DNA from: an uncultured virus (IMG/VR IMGVR_UViG_3300020385_000009)
Taxonomy: Duplodnaviria > Heunggongvirae > Uroviricota > Caudoviricetes
IMG/VR virus record: IMGVR_UViG_3300020385_000009
Length of the DNA stretch: 64,000 bases
Reading direction: 5' to 3' (one strand)
Of this stretch, positions 26,731 through 37,352 are shown in pieces. The stretch's first letter is position 1. The number at the start of each line of letters is the position of its first letter. A program made the translations under genes and the position numbers. Below the pieces are notes generated by a model, which saw only the letters and a list, made by a program, of their open reading frames with translations, was not told the DNA's origin and searched no databases.

Positions 26731-29598
26731 TTATTCGAAAGTTGCTCCAGTAGGTAACACATTAAAATCAAGAACTATAAATTCAGCTGTTTTAGTTGGT
26801 TGTAAGAAAATAGCGCCTACTAATTGATTTCTATCTACTACATCTGCTGTGTTATTATTTTCATCCATTTGTACTCTAAATGAGAATAGTCCTTGTTTTT
26901 GTTGTACACCTTCTAAGTATGGGTTAACTATATTTAAGAATCTATTACGTGTTGCATTTGTGTTTTGTTCAAATACTAAGTATCTTGAAGAACTTGCAAT
27001 AAATTTCTTAAGTGCAATTAATAATCTACGAACATTAATTCTGTCTAATGCTGATGATCTTTCTTGAAGTGTCTTTTGACCCCAAATACAAACTCCAGTT
27101 TGTGGGAATGTTGCAATTGGGTTAATTTTAGCATTGTATAGAAGATCTCTTTCAGCTTGATTTAATCTCATTTTAGCTTCAATTACGTTTCCTAACACAC
27201 CTCTATTTAAACCTGCAGGTGCAAACCATTCAGCTGCAATTGCATCTGAAGCAGCAATTGCTCCTGGAACTATTACTGATGGCGGTACTAATACTGGCTT
27301 ATTTGCGGCAGTATCAAGTACTTTAACCCATGGATAATACACAGCAGCGTAGTTTGTATCTAAACCACTTGCATCGTTTATAGCTGCGTTTACTGAACTA
27401 TTATATTGGGTTAAATCCATTACAAAGAATGCATCTCCTCTTTCTTCACACATATCAATACCCGCATTTGTTACTAATGGATGTAAAGATTTAATTACAC
27501 CTGGTAATGCCAACATATTAATATCGTATTCATCTTGATTTGATAGAATGTCAATTGCTTTTTTATACCCTTTATATCCAGCAGCTGATGTTGTTTTTAA
27601 ATCAAATCCATATAAATTAGTACCACCTGTATATGTAGCAGCTAATGAGCTTTCGTTTCCTACAAATATTGGTTGATGAGGTGCAACACCATCATCTCCA
27701 CCTTGGAAGCAAACTGTAAATTTAAGTTGTTCTGCTGTTGGTCCATTTGCTCCTGTTGGATCAATTGATGCACTTAATGATCCTACCCATAATCCTGAAT
27801 TTGTATGTCCCGAATAATTTTCAACGTTAAAGTCTCCTGATACATTGGCTTCTTCAGATGGGGTGGAATATAATGGTTTTAAGAAGTTTTTGTTGTCTGC
27901 TCTTTTATCATCAAATTTCCATCCTAAAAATCCTCTACTACTATAATTCCCACCCACATTTTGGGCACCTTCATATGATGCTGATGGGAATGAAACTCCT
28001 GTAAATATTGTAGATGGTATTGGATTAGACACTGCTTTAAATCCTTTAGGAGATAATTTAGGTGAAAGTGCTTTATTTGTTACTGCATCTGATACTGACA
28101 CTCTAATATAATTTGAAACATTTGGATAATCTCCTAAAATTTCTAATTTACCTAATGTATCATTATAATCTGGATATCTATCACCTATTACTCTTGAAAT
28201 AAATTGTGGTGAGTCTGGATCTAAATTACAGTTATTATATTGTTCTAAAATTGTTGGCGACTTATCTTTATCTCCATAAGCTCTTACTAATACTGAGAAT
28301 GTTGAATATTGTTCTTCACCATCTATATCATTTGGTTCTCTTAAATTAGCAATTGAAATTTTGTAATCTGTGTTACATGCTGTTCCATGTCCTATAGAAT
28401 GGAATCTAAATAATTCTTTATTACTTGCTTTATCTGATTTAATAAATGGTGTTGAAGCATATGAATATCCTTCTGTTTTACCTAATCCAGTATATGCTAA
28501 ATCAGCTGATTGAGTAACTATTATAAATTCTCTGTCTGAATGAACACCTGAATATCCTGATACGTCAGCTCCTTCTGTAGAAACAGCAACTGAAGCTGTT
28601 GTTGAAGTAGTAAATTGGTTAATTACATTTACTGTATTACCTGCTTCTGCGGCTGTTACTGTTACTACATTTCCGTCTACTGTTGATGAAAACGCACTAA
28701 TATTATTAATAGCTGTATGCATTGCTGTTGCTAAAACAGATCCTGAAATTTCTCCATCTGTGTCTACAGATGTTATGTCTGCTTGAACTAATGATCCTGA
28801 TAAGCCTGTATTTGCAGCTACAGCATCATGGTCACTTACGAATACTACTGTATATTGATTTTCATCTGAATCTTCTAATACTACTGCTCTTCCTTGAGCT
28901 GCCGTACTTTCAATACTAGCTGTTTGGAAGTTACTGTCAGCAAATGTAATTGTTGACACTTCTTTTGTTGCAGCTGCTACTATATCTTTTTGTAGATCTT
29001 TAAAATTTAAATAACCATATCCTCCTACATCATTAAATGTAACAGCACTGTCTTTACTATTATTAGGATCAGTACCTATTTGTTTAAATAAATAATTACT
29101 GTTAGCTGGGTTAGAGGATGCTGCGAATGTTTTAGAAGTTACACCTGTACCATTTAAAACTAAACTAAAGTCAGAACCAAAACTAGAATCGTCATTACCA
29201 CTAATAGAAGATAATTCTAATTTAGGTGTAGATAAATTTTTAGAAGGAGCAATTACACCTACTAATACATTACCATCAGAACCCGACACTGCTAAACCTA
29301 CTAATGATTTATTAGCTGCTTCAAATGTATAACCACCACCTGCTAACACTCTTGTTACGGTAACTGATCCGGCATTACGTAAATATTCACGAACTGTTTG
29401 GGGTACAAAAGTTTCTGAACTAAAGCTACCAAACATTCTTTCATATTCTGCAAAGCTTTTTACTACTGTTGGTACAAATGCAGGTCCTTTTACTGTAGGT
29501 CCGACAATTGCTGCGCCTATTGCGCCTACTCCCTGAGGGAGAAATGATTGGTCGTTTTCTCTTGTAAAAACACCTGGTGAAATTATTTGTTCTGCCAT
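26731..29598 (-). CDS. Contractile tail sheath protein (gp18-like)
   Basis: SPGVFTRE, GPTVKGP, YYPWV, WFAPAG, INPI, WGQKT, RINVRRL, FEQN. Confidence 0.96.
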   Translation of the reverse strand: MAEQIISPGVFTRENDQSFLPQGVGAIGAAIVGPTVKGPAFVPTVVKSFAEYERMFGSFSSETFVPQTVREYLRNAGSVTVTRVLAGGGYTFEAANKSLVGLAVSGSDGNVLVGVIAPSKNLSTPKLELSSISGNDDSSFGSDFSLVLNGTGVTSKTFAASSNPANSNYLFKQIGTDPNNSKDSAVTFNDVGGYGYLNFKDLQKDIVAAATKEVSTITFADSNFQTASIESTAAQGRAVVLEDSDENQYTVVFVSDHDAVAANTGLSGSLVQADITSVDTDGEISGSVLATAMHTAINNISAFSSTVDGNVVTVTAAEAGNTVNVINQFTTSTTASVAVSTEGADVSGYSGVHSDREFIIVTQSADLAYTGLGKTEGYSYASTPFIKSDKASNKELFRFHSIGHGTACNTDYKISIANLREPNDIDGEEQYSTFSVLVRAYGDKDKSPTILEQYNNCNLDPDSPQFISRVIGDRYPDYNDTLGKLEILGDYPNVSNYIRVSVSDAVTNKALSPKLSPKGFKAVSNPIPSTIFTGVSFPSASYEGAQNVGGNYSSRGFLGWKFDDKRADNKNFLKPLYSTPSEEANVSGDFNVENYSGHTNSGLWVGSLSASIDPTGANGPTAEQLKFTVCFQGGDDGVAPHQPIFVGNESSLAATYTGGTNLYGFDLKTTSAAGYKGYKKAIDILSNQDEYDINMLALPGVIKSLHPLVTNAGIDMCEERGDAFFVMDLTQYNSSVNAAINDASGLDTNYAAVYYPWVKVLDTAANKPVLVPPSVIVPGAIAASDAIAAEWFAPAGLNRGVLGNVIEAKMRLNQAERDLLYNAKINPIATFPQTGVCIWGQKTLQERSSALDRINVRRLLIALKKFIASSSRYLVFEQNTNATRNRFLNIVNPYLEGVQQKQGLFSFRVQMDENNNTADVVDRNQLVGAIFLQPTKTAEFIVLDFNVLPTGATFE

Positions 29599-29688
29599 TT
29601 TAACTTGATTTATTTAATGATTCTATGATGTTGTCATTGATTATTCTGATATAAATATAAGAAAATATCGTAAACCTAAACCAAAATG

Positions 29689-29712
29689 GGCGATTAGAGT
29701 AATCTAATCGCC
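29689..29712 (-). terminator. Hairpin, probable terminator
   Basis: Perfect 10-bp stem GGCGATTAGA/TCTAATCGCC, short T run. Confidence 0.6.
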
Positions 29713-29740
29713 AATAATGGTAAAATGTAAAAAATGTAAA

Positions 29741-30019
29741 TTATTCTTCGATTGGTGTGAATTCACCTGATTCAATATCAATGGTTCCTTTCCCATATTT
29801 ATCAGTAAGTTCTTTAGCTATATTACGCTCTGATTCTACTAAATTATTTTGAATTGTAATTATTTCTTTTTCAGATTCTTTTATTTTTAGTTTTGATAAA
29901 TATAATTGACCTGCTCTAAAAGTTAATTGTTGAGACTGATTTTGAATTTCTTTTAAAGCTTCCATCTCAGGTTCTGTGAATTTTTGGGTTGTTGGGGGTA
30001 GTGTAGTTTTTAATGACAT
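29741..30019 (-). CDS. Small coiled-coil protein (possible fibre chaperone)
   Basis: Helical body; ends KYGKGTIDIESGEF. Confidence 0.6.
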   Translation of the reverse strand: MSLKTTLPPTTQKFTEPEMEALKEIQNQSQQLTFRAGQLYLSKLKIKESEKEIITIQNNLVESERNIAKELTDKYGKGTIDIESGEFTPIEE

Positions 30020-30071
30020 AACTTTGATTGATTTAATTATTATTTATTATTCTTATATACATATATAGAAA

Positions 30072-30647
30072 TTAGAAAGACCCACCATCAATGTCAGTAG
30101 TTATTATACTACTTCCACTTATTGTTCCTGCGACTGTTAGATTTCCATTATTGTCTACTTTTAATAATTCTACTCCAGGAGAAACATTTGCAAGGCCTGT
30201 GTCTTTAAATATACGAAATTCCGAATTATCATGTGAATTTGCATTGTCCATCAATATATCAAATCCACCATTTGTTTTAATGTATGGTGAATTTGGTAAT
30301 GGATTTAAACCAAAATCACTGGGAATACCTCCATGTATTGATATACCCGATCCTATTGTTGGGTTAGAAGTTTCAAGACTATAAAAACCATCTTTAGATA
30401 TTTTAAAACCTTTAATTGTTTCATCTAGACCTGTTCCTTCTGATGTTTCAACTTTTTCAGTAGCATCATCTAATAATTGTAAAACTGCATCTGTAGTTAA
30501 TCCTGTTACTTTATTTCTCCCTATAATTGTAAAAAGTTGATTTTTAGATTTAAGAAATAAATCACCAGTAGTAGTATTTAGTACTAAATCATTAGGGCCA
30601 AATTCATTTACTCGAGGATCTCTATTTTTAGTAATTATTCTACTCAT
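30072..30647 (-). CDS. Fibre-associated hypothetical protein
   Basis: VDNNGNLTVAG; ends IDGGSF. Confidence 0.55.
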   Translation of the reverse strand: MSRIITKNRDPRVNEFGPNDLVLNTTTGDLFLKSKNQLFTIIGRNKVTGLTTDAVLQLLDDATEKVETSEGTGLDETIKGFKISKDGFYSLETSNPTIGSGISIHGGIPSDFGLNPLPNSPYIKTNGGFDILMDNANSHDNSEFRIFKDTGLANVSPGVELLKVDNNGNLTVAGTISGSSIITTDIDGGSF

Positions 30648-31333
30648 TATGTACCACTTATTTTGCCTACACCGGCTGTTGCTAATGAATTGACTTTTGA
30701 TATATTTGCTGCTGCTAAACCGCAGACATCATGACTATAACCTACTAGACCATTCCATACCAAATCAGGTCTTAATGAAGTTGTGGAATTATTTTGGTTT
30801 TTCCAATAAGCAGATTTGTTTGTGTTTGAAGGTGCAGAGTTTTGGAAGTCATGGTCATGTTCCATTATACAAATAATAAAAGCATCATTATTTTTTATAT
30901 CTGCTAAGGCTGTTGCATTTAAGGATATATTGTTAAAAGTATTAGAAGCAAATGATGTAAATTCCGAAGAATAAGGAGTAGAATCATCAAAACTATCCAT
31001 ATCTCCTGCAGCAAGAGAGGTTCCGCCGTCACCACCAAAAGCAGTACTTTTAACTACAATTATATCTGCAGATGGAGTGGTTGTATGTCCATATAACTTT
31101 AAAGTAGCATCAGCTAAAGTAACATTAATCCCACTAGTATCAAAATACATAAAAGTTCTAGTTACTCTAAAATCACTAGAACCTCTTCCTGCAGTATGGA
31201 AGGCTATGACAACGTCTGCATTTGCAGAATTTGATGTTACAGTACCTGTTGTAGCACCTCTTGCATTAGCCCAACTGGATTGACCTAGTGGTGAAGAGAT
31301 ATATCCATCTTCCGAAACTTGTAAATCTGCCAT
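30647..31333 (-). CDS. Beta-rich virion-associated protein
   Basis: RTFMYFDTSGI...ATLKLY pattern; coupled to the methyltransferase gene. Confidence 0.55.
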   Translation of the reverse strand: MADLQVSEDGYISSPLGQSSWANARGATTGTVTSNSANADVVIAFHTAGRGSSDFRVTRTFMYFDTSGINVTLADATLKLYGHTTTPSADIIVVKSTAFGGDGGTSLAAGDMDSFDDSTPYSSEFTSFASNTFNNISLNATALADIKNNDAFIICIMEHDHDFQNSAPSNTNKSAYWKNQNNSTTSLRPDLVWNGLVGYSHDVCGLAAANISKVNSLATAGVGKISGT

Positions 31334-31893
31334 TAGAACTCCTTTTTGGGTAAATAATAAATATTTGAATTATAGTAACTATTAGATGGGGGATTTATAG
31401 CTATAGTTTCATATTCAACTTCATTAATATTATGAATAGTAGTAGCATTAGGGTTATTATTCCACCATGTTACTTTAGCTCCTGACTTAGCAAGTGAAGC
31501 TACATTACTAGCAAACAAACTCCAATCATCTTCACCATAGGTATCATAAAAAATTCCATCATAAGTAGATAAAGAATCTTTTACATCATACCAACTACCT
31601 GTTATAATAGTTACATTTGATTTACCCGAAGCCCATTTCTGAGCTTTTGTTATTACTTGAGGGTGATTTTCAATTATTGTATGAGAATTAATTGAATGAG
31701 AATGCATATAACCTGCTGATATACCCATTCCAAATCCTATTTCTAATATGTCTCCGCCTCCTTTACAAACATAAGCAGCGGATGCTGACATTAAAGAATC
31801 TTCCCAATCCATCATTACTTCAAAAGTTTCATCTCCATCTGTATAATAGATTTTATCTGATTCAAATATTAATGTTCTATCTAAATATTTCAT
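31333..31893 (-). CDS. SAM-dependent methyltransferase, Rmt2/guanidinoacetate N-methyltransferase-like
   Basis: VMMDWE, ILEIGFGMGIS, HTIIENHP, YDGIFYDTY. Confidence 0.82.
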   Translation of the reverse strand: MKYLDRTLIFESDKIYYTDGDETFEVMMDWEDSLMSASAAYVCKGGGDILEIGFGMGISAGYMHSHSINSHTIIENHPQVITKAQKWASGKSNVTIITGSWYDVKDSLSTYDGIFYDTYGEDDWSLFASNVASLAKSGAKVTWWNNNPNATTIHNINEVEYETIAINPPSNSYYNSNIYYLPKKEF

Positions 31894-34800
31894 TATGCAT
31901 TAACTTCTACGAATGTATTATCCGGATTAAACCATATTTGACCTTGTGTTGAGTGGTATATTTTATACCCAATAACTCTTACTATGTTTCCGTTTCCTGA
32001 AGGTGCAGTAGCACTACCTGATCCTGCGTTAGTTGTTAAATATAATGGGTCTCCTATTGCTCCTGCATCATGGCCTAAAGTAACCATACCTCTTAACAAT
32101 ACTCCATTAGTATCAGAAGCTGCTCCTAATGCTACTCCTAATAATCCATCTGATTTTGTATTATCATCGGCATCTGCTAATTCCCATGCACCTGATGAAT
32201 TATAATGATATATTGATCCTGGTACCATTGATGTAGTGCTACCAAAATAAACTACATCACCTTCACTTGTACCCACAGTGTGATTAGGTGGGTCAAATCT
32301 TCGACCTGTTGCTTTTATATCGCCTGCTACTTCTAATTCTTGTGATGGGGTTGTTGTTCCTATACCTACATTACCATTTGTATCAATAGTAACACGAGCA
32401 TTATTTCCTGTTCCAAATTGTATTCCCCTAGATGCACCTGAACTTGAAACCGCTATTATTAAATGGTTACTTAAACCTCCTGTAAAAGTTGTTGCATCCG
32501 GATATTCATTATCACCACCAGAATGTCCTATTATAGATCTAATACCACCCCCATCTTGTTCAAATAACATAAATGGGTTATCAGCTTCATCATTATTATC
32601 AGAATCGGCTTGAAGTATTAAATTTGCATCTCCAGCTGTACCTGCAGTAATTTTAACTGTATCTGTTGATATTATAAAATCACCAGTAGAGTTTGTAAGG
32701 TTTAAATCTGTTCCATCATGATATAAAGAAGCATCAAAAGCTGCTTCAGCAACACCTGTCCCTAATCCAAGCTTAGTATTATCATATAATTTTAAATGAT
32801 TTGCCGATGCATCCCATACTGCTTTTCTATTTGCAGTAGCCCCAAATAATGTTACATCATATCCTGTATCATTAACACCAACTGTAAATGTTCCATCTAA
32901 CTGAACATTGCCGTCTATATCTACTGCGTCTAAGTTTGTTGTTCCATCTACGTCTAAATTACCATCTATATTAGCATTACCTGTTAAATCAAAATTACCA
33001 CTTGAACTTATATTACCTGAGGCTGTTACAGGGAGGAGGAATTCATTAGAAAAACTTGTAAAAATAGATGATGTTACTTCACCTCCTCCACCTGCTGTTG
33101 AGTTGTTAGCTCTAATTTGAATGGTACCATTTGATGCTCTATTTGCAATTGATACTACATCAGGTTCTGGGAAGAAAAGTGCATAACGAGCGGTGTCTCC
33201 TGAATCATAATAAACAATACCTCCTTGAGGTGTTTGTGATGATGAAAATGATAATATCGGTGTACCATTATTTAAAGCTCCATTTATAAATAAATCTGCA
33301 GCTGTCATTTCACCTGAGGATGTTATATTAGTAGCGGAAACTCCTCCATTAAGGTTAACATCTTGATGAAAATTAGTAGCACCATATATATTGTTATTAT
33401 TAGATGAACTTATAGTTAACCTTGTACCTATAATTTTTTTAGTATCACCTAATGTAATATCATCTGCAAAATTTGAAGTACTAGCTACGTCTAATGTATT
33501 AGCTTTTATTTCACCACTTGCACTTATACCACCTGATGCTGTTACGTTACCATAAAATAAATGGTGTGTATCAGAATTAACACCATAAGTAAGTGTTGCT
33601 AATGAACTATCATATCCTAATCGAAGAGTTGTACCTATAGAGTTTGCAGCATTATAACCGTTTATTCCAAGAGTAGTACCATAAATAACACCACTTGAAC
33701 TTATATTACCTGCTGCGTATATAATACCTGAGGCTGTTACATTTCCTATAATTGTAGTTGGGTTAGCTGATTTACCTATTAAAATAGGGGTGTTATTTTC
33801 ATGACCAAATGCAATAGAATCACCAGATCCCATAACTGCTACGTGATTTGTCATATATATCTGATCACCTTGAACACGTCCACTTGCACTTATATTACCT
33901 GATGCTGTTATGTTATTTACCCCCTTTATATCATGAGAATTTAATTCAAGATTACCATCAGATTCTACTGTTATTGCTTCTGCTATACTTCCCCCATCAG
34001 GTTCAGTAAAGATTGCTAATTCAGTACCATTACTTCCAATTGGGTTTAATCTCATTAATACTCTTGAGGTATTGTCGTTGACTGTCATTTCAATACCTGG
34101 ATTGTCACTGGTAGAGGCTCCTTGTAAACTTAATCTACCCTCAAAACCTGCTCCTTTTACATTAAATGAACGTAAAAATGCAGCTCCTCCAAAACTTGCA
34201 GATGATGCGTATAGTTTTGAATTTAAACTTGAGCTTATATTACCTGAGGCTGTTATATTTGTGTCTACATTAAAAGATGTTCCTCTTAATTTTGTAACTC
34301 TATTGTCTTGACCAATGACAAGTTGACTACCATCATTATGGATAGCTTCTATGTCAGCTGCTATTAATTTAGTAGTACCACTAAGTATTGCATTAGCACT
34401 AAATGTTTTTGCCCCACTAAATGTTTGTGTTCCTGTTAGGTGAGCAGTATTTGATGATAAATATGCATCTGCAATAACGTTACCATTCCAAGTCCCATCT
34501 CCAATAGTACCTACTGTGGTAATATTTGATGTACCTGCAAATGTTGAAATTGCTGTGTTTTCTACATTAGTTAAATTTGAACCAACAATTGTGCCACTTG
34601 AACTTATATTACCTGAGGCTGTTATATGTGTTGAGATTGCTGCCCCTAAAGCAATAGTGTCTGTCGTTCCTTCAGATAATACTAAAAGATCAGTTCCACC
34701 TGATGAAAAAGTTATAGAATCACTATGACCAAATGTTATTTTAGTATCAGCATTCCCAAAATGGGAAATTACTTGTGCTACTTCAAAATTATTACATGAT

Positions 34801-35912
34801 ATGTCTCCTGTTACTATTAAATCATCACCAATAAGTGTATCATCTGTTATAGTTAGACTATTTGCGGTTAAGCTGTTTGCTTTGATTGCTCCACTTGAAC
34901 TTATATCACTTGAGGCTGTTAAACGGCCTACTAAAGTATCTAAACCTTGTAATAATACAGGCACACCTTCTACTGTTATTGCCCCCGCAGCTGATCTAGC
35001 TATAGTAGTATCATTTTGGTCTCCTAATTCTATATTACCTAATATGTCAGCGTCTCCTGACGTTGTTAATGTACTAAATATAGCTGTATCTACTGCTAAA
35101 AGGGGTGCTCTTAAAGTACTTCCACTTATTGTTCCATCTGAATTTATATTACCTGAGGCTATTATATGTCCTAAATCATTAAATGTACCTATATTTCCTA
35201 TTATAGCTCCACTCGAACTTATATTACCTGAGGCTGTTATAGCACCTGTAAGATTTATACCTAAAGTATTTAAATTCATTACTTCTGCATTATCTGCATC
35301 AAAATGAATTTCATTAGCTGTTTCAAAATCTATAGCTGTTTGAGTATCTTCTCCTATTTTTAAATCTTCTTTAAAAATATTAGTTATTTCTGTTTGTGGA
35401 CCTGCTAGTAAAACTACTTTATTTTCTACTGTTATTTGTCCTGCTGCTGATCTAGCTATTGTTGTATCCCCTATACTTGCATGGCCTAATTCTATTTTAT
35501 CTATTAGTAAATTAGTTCCTGTTATATTCCCATTTGTTTTTATAAGACCTATTGTAGTAATTGCCCCACTTGCACTTATATTACCTGAGGCTGTTACATT
35601 ATTAGTAATTACATTTCCACTTGCACTTATATTACCTGAGGATGTTATGTGACCTGTAAATGTATGGGTGTCGTCTGCTGTGTCTCCAAATTCAGTTGAA
35701 CCTGAACTAAATGAAGTTGTAACATATAAGACTGAAGATGAAACTATATATTTTTCTGCTGTGATTTCTCCAAAAGAAAAATCATTTACACTAGTTGAAC
35801 CTGAACCAAAATATAACCTTCTATTGTCAAGATTGATTGCTAATTCTCCATCAGCTAATCCTGATGGTACTGCTGATCCTGTTCCTCTTTTTATTTGTAT
35901 TGTACTTGCCAT
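31893..35912 (-). CDS. Long modular tail fibre
   Basis: N-terminal IQIKRG...GELAIN anchor, repeated TASGNISxSG, GNVGIGTTTP motif. Confidence 0.85.
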   Translation of the reverse strand: MASTIQIKRGTGSAVPSGLADGELAINLDNRRLYFGSGSTSVNDFSFGEITAEKYIVSSSVLYVTTSFSSGSTEFGDTADDTHTFTGHITSSGNISASGNVITNNVTASGNISASGAITTIGLIKTNGNITGTNLLIDKIELGHASIGDTTIARSAAGQITVENKVVLLAGPQTEITNIFKEDLKIGEDTQTAIDFETANEIHFDADNAEVMNLNTLGINLTGAITASGNISSSGAIIGNIGTFNDLGHIIASGNINSDGTISGSTLRAPLLAVDTAIFSTLTTSGDADILGNIELGDQNDTTIARSAAGAITVEGVPVLLQGLDTLVGRLTASSDISSSGAIKANSLTANSLTITDDTLIGDDLIVTGDISCNNFEVAQVISHFGNADTKITFGHSDSITFSSGGTDLLVLSEGTTDTIALGAAISTHITASGNISSSGTIVGSNLTNVENTAISTFAGTSNITTVGTIGDGTWNGNVIADAYLSSNTAHLTGTQTFSGAKTFSANAILSGTTKLIAADIEAIHNDGSQLVIGQDNRVTKLRGTSFNVDTNITASGNISSSLNSKLYASSASFGGAAFLRSFNVKGAGFEGRLSLQGASTSDNPGIEMTVNDNTSRVLMRLNPIGSNGTELAIFTEPDGGSIAEAITVESDGNLELNSHDIKGVNNITASGNISASGRVQGDQIYMTNHVAVMGSGDSIAFGHENNTPILIGKSANPTTIIGNVTASGIIYAAGNISSSGVIYGTTLGINGYNAANSIGTTLRLGYDSSLATLTYGVNSDTHHLFYGNVTASGGISASGEIKANTLDVASTSNFADDITLGDTKKIIGTRLTISSSNNNNIYGATNFHQDVNLNGGVSATNITSSGEMTAADLFINGALNNGTPILSFSSSQTPQGGIVYYDSGDTARYALFFPEPDVVSIANRASNGTIQIRANNSTAGGGGEVTSSIFTSFSNEFLLPVTASGNISSSGNFDLTGNANIDGNLDVDGTTNLDAVDIDGNVQLDGTFTVGVNDTGYDVTLFGATANRKAVWDASANHLKLYDNTKLGLGTGVAEAAFDASLYHDGTDLNLTNSTGDFIISTDTVKITAGTAGDANLILQADSDNNDEADNPFMLFEQDGGGIRSIIGHSGGDNEYPDATTFTGGLSNHLIIAVSSSGASRGIQFGTGNNARVTIDTNGNVGIGTTTPSQELEVAGDIKATGRRFDPPNHTVGTSEGDVVYFGSTTSMVPGSIYHYNSSGAWELADADDNTKSDGLLGVALGAASDTNGVLLRGMVTLGHDAGAIGDPLYLTTNAGSGSATAPSGNGNIVRVIGYKIYHSTQGQIWFNPDNTFVEVNA
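32998..35645 (-). repeat. 11 dispersed in-frame 29-nt direct repeats (minus strand ACAGCCTCAGGTAATATAAGT(T/G)CAAGTGG)
   Basis: Plus-strand starts 32998, 33514, 33691, 33880, 34225, 34594, 34891, 35134, 35209, 35566, 35617; all offsets are multiples of 3. Confidence 0.9.
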
Positions 35913-35924
35913 ATATTATAAATA

Positions 35925-36446
35925 TTAGAAGGTTCCACCATCTAAAGTTGCTTCGTTTATATTACCTTTAAGTTGTATGTCAGTGTTACCATCACCAATT
36001 CGAGCATAATTATTACTTCCACTTAAATTAAAATCATGAAAAAGTGTACCACTAATAAATGTGCCTATTCTACCTGTTGTTGTGTATTTACTGTAAGTGC
36101 TGTTATCATCAGGGTGCATTATAGCTTCAGGACGAACTATATTGGATTTGCCTGTGTCTCCTTCTCCTAAATCTTTAGTAACTGTGTTGATTGTTTTTCC
36201 TTCTTTTAAATCATCTAAGTCATTTTTGTTAAAAGAAGTCCCACCAATAAAAATTGTATTTGCATCAAATTCACCTGTAGAGGCTGAGATTGTAGTACAT
36301 AAAACTCTACCAAATGAACCTGTACCAGGAACTGTTAGTTCATCTACTAAAGAACCAGTACCATCCCTAAGAGTACCATTATCAGTTTGTAATACTCGTT
36401 GGTAAGTGTCTTGTATATTTTGACCTGTTAAATCTGGAAGAGCCAT
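35925..36446 (-). CDS. Fibre-associated virion protein
   Basis: TGS/SAS motifs; ends LDGGTF like 30072. Confidence 0.6.
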   Translation of the reverse strand: MALPDLTGQNIQDTYQRVLQTDNGTLRDGTGSLVDELTVPGTGSFGRVLCTTISASTGEFDANTIFIGGTSFNKNDLDDLKEGKTINTVTKDLGEGDTGKSNIVRPEAIMHPDDNSTYSKYTTTGRIGTFISGTLFHDFNLSGSNNYARIGDGNTDIQLKGNINEATLDGGTF

Positions 36447-36458
36447 TTAAAACCATTT

Positions 36459-37013
36459 TTATTTTTTGTTTTGTAATACTTTTAAAACACCATTAATAAC
36501 TTTTTCAGTGTCATTAACTGTGTTTTCTTTAAGATAAGTAGCAACTATATTATTTAATTCGTTTCGTTTGTAAAATATATTATCTATATTAATGTCTTCT
36601 TTTATAAGAAGTTTAAATAAGTTAACCACATGTTTCTTTTCAGATTTTGTAACTTGTTGTAGTTTTATTGTCGCTTTAGCTTCTAAAATTGGTTTTTGGG
36701 TTGTTTGGGTTTTTACCTCTACTGTAACTTTTCTGCTTGTTTCAACTTCAAAGTCACTTTGCCAAGGGGTAAAGAATGTGTCTTCGGCAATCACCTCTAA
36801 ACGAATGTTACCACTAGTATCTTCATCTATAAGGCCTTTAAGTTTTCTAATTGGTATTTCGCATTTACCATTAGAATTAATAGAACCATTAAAAAGTAAA
36901 GAATAATCTTGAGTTTCGACTACTAATCTTGCTTTTGATTTTTTTAAACTTGCACCTTGAAGTGAAATATTACACTCAAATAGTTCCGTTTTGTCTGTAA
37001 ATAATTTATACAT
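36459..37013 (-). CDS. Hypothetical virion protein
   Basis: Beta-rich N-terminal domain; preceded by TATTTAT. Confidence 0.6.
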   Translation of the reverse strand: MYKLFTDKTELFECNISLQGASLKKSKARLVVETQDYSLLFNGSINSNGKCEIPIRKLKGLIDEDTSGNIRLEVIAEDTFFTPWQSDFEVETSRKVTVEVKTQTTQKPILEAKATIKLQQVTKSEKKHVVNLFKLLIKEDINIDNIFYKRNELNNIVATYLKENTVNDTEKVINGVLKVLQNKK

Positions 37014-37034
37014 TCTTGTATTTTGTAATAAATA

Positions 37035-37346
37035 TTAAAAGGATACGTTTTCGGTTGTTAGTTCTACACCACTTACTTCTTTAACTACTAATCTTACATC
37101 ATTAGCTTTAATTTTATATTGCTTAATTTGTTTAGTTTTAGATTCTGTAAGGGTTTCTCCTTTAACTTTAAGAATAAGTTTAATAAGTTGTTTCTTTTTT
37201 TCGGGTTTCATCCAAGACATATCGTCTTCAATAATACCCCCTCTTTGTTGGACGGTTTCAACTATTTCTTCAACTAATTGAACTTCATTCCATGTAAATG
37301 AGTTTGAGTTCCAAGTAAAATTAGCATTATTCCAAGTAATATTCAT
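37035..37346 (-). CDS. Hypothetical protein with a (T)WN triplet repeat
   Basis: ITWNNANFTWNSNSFTWNEV. Confidence 0.6.
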   Translation of the reverse strand: MNITWNNANFTWNSNSFTWNEVQLVEEIVETVQQRGGIIEDDMSWMKPEKKKQLIKLILKVKGETLTESKTKQIKQYKIKANDVRLVVKEVSGVELTTENVSF

Positions 37347-37352
37347 AACTTA

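Noticed and set aside
32998..35645. 29-nt repeats as a CRISPR array
   Set aside because: Spacers range from about 20 to 490 nt, all lie in frame inside an intact ORF, and no cas genes are present
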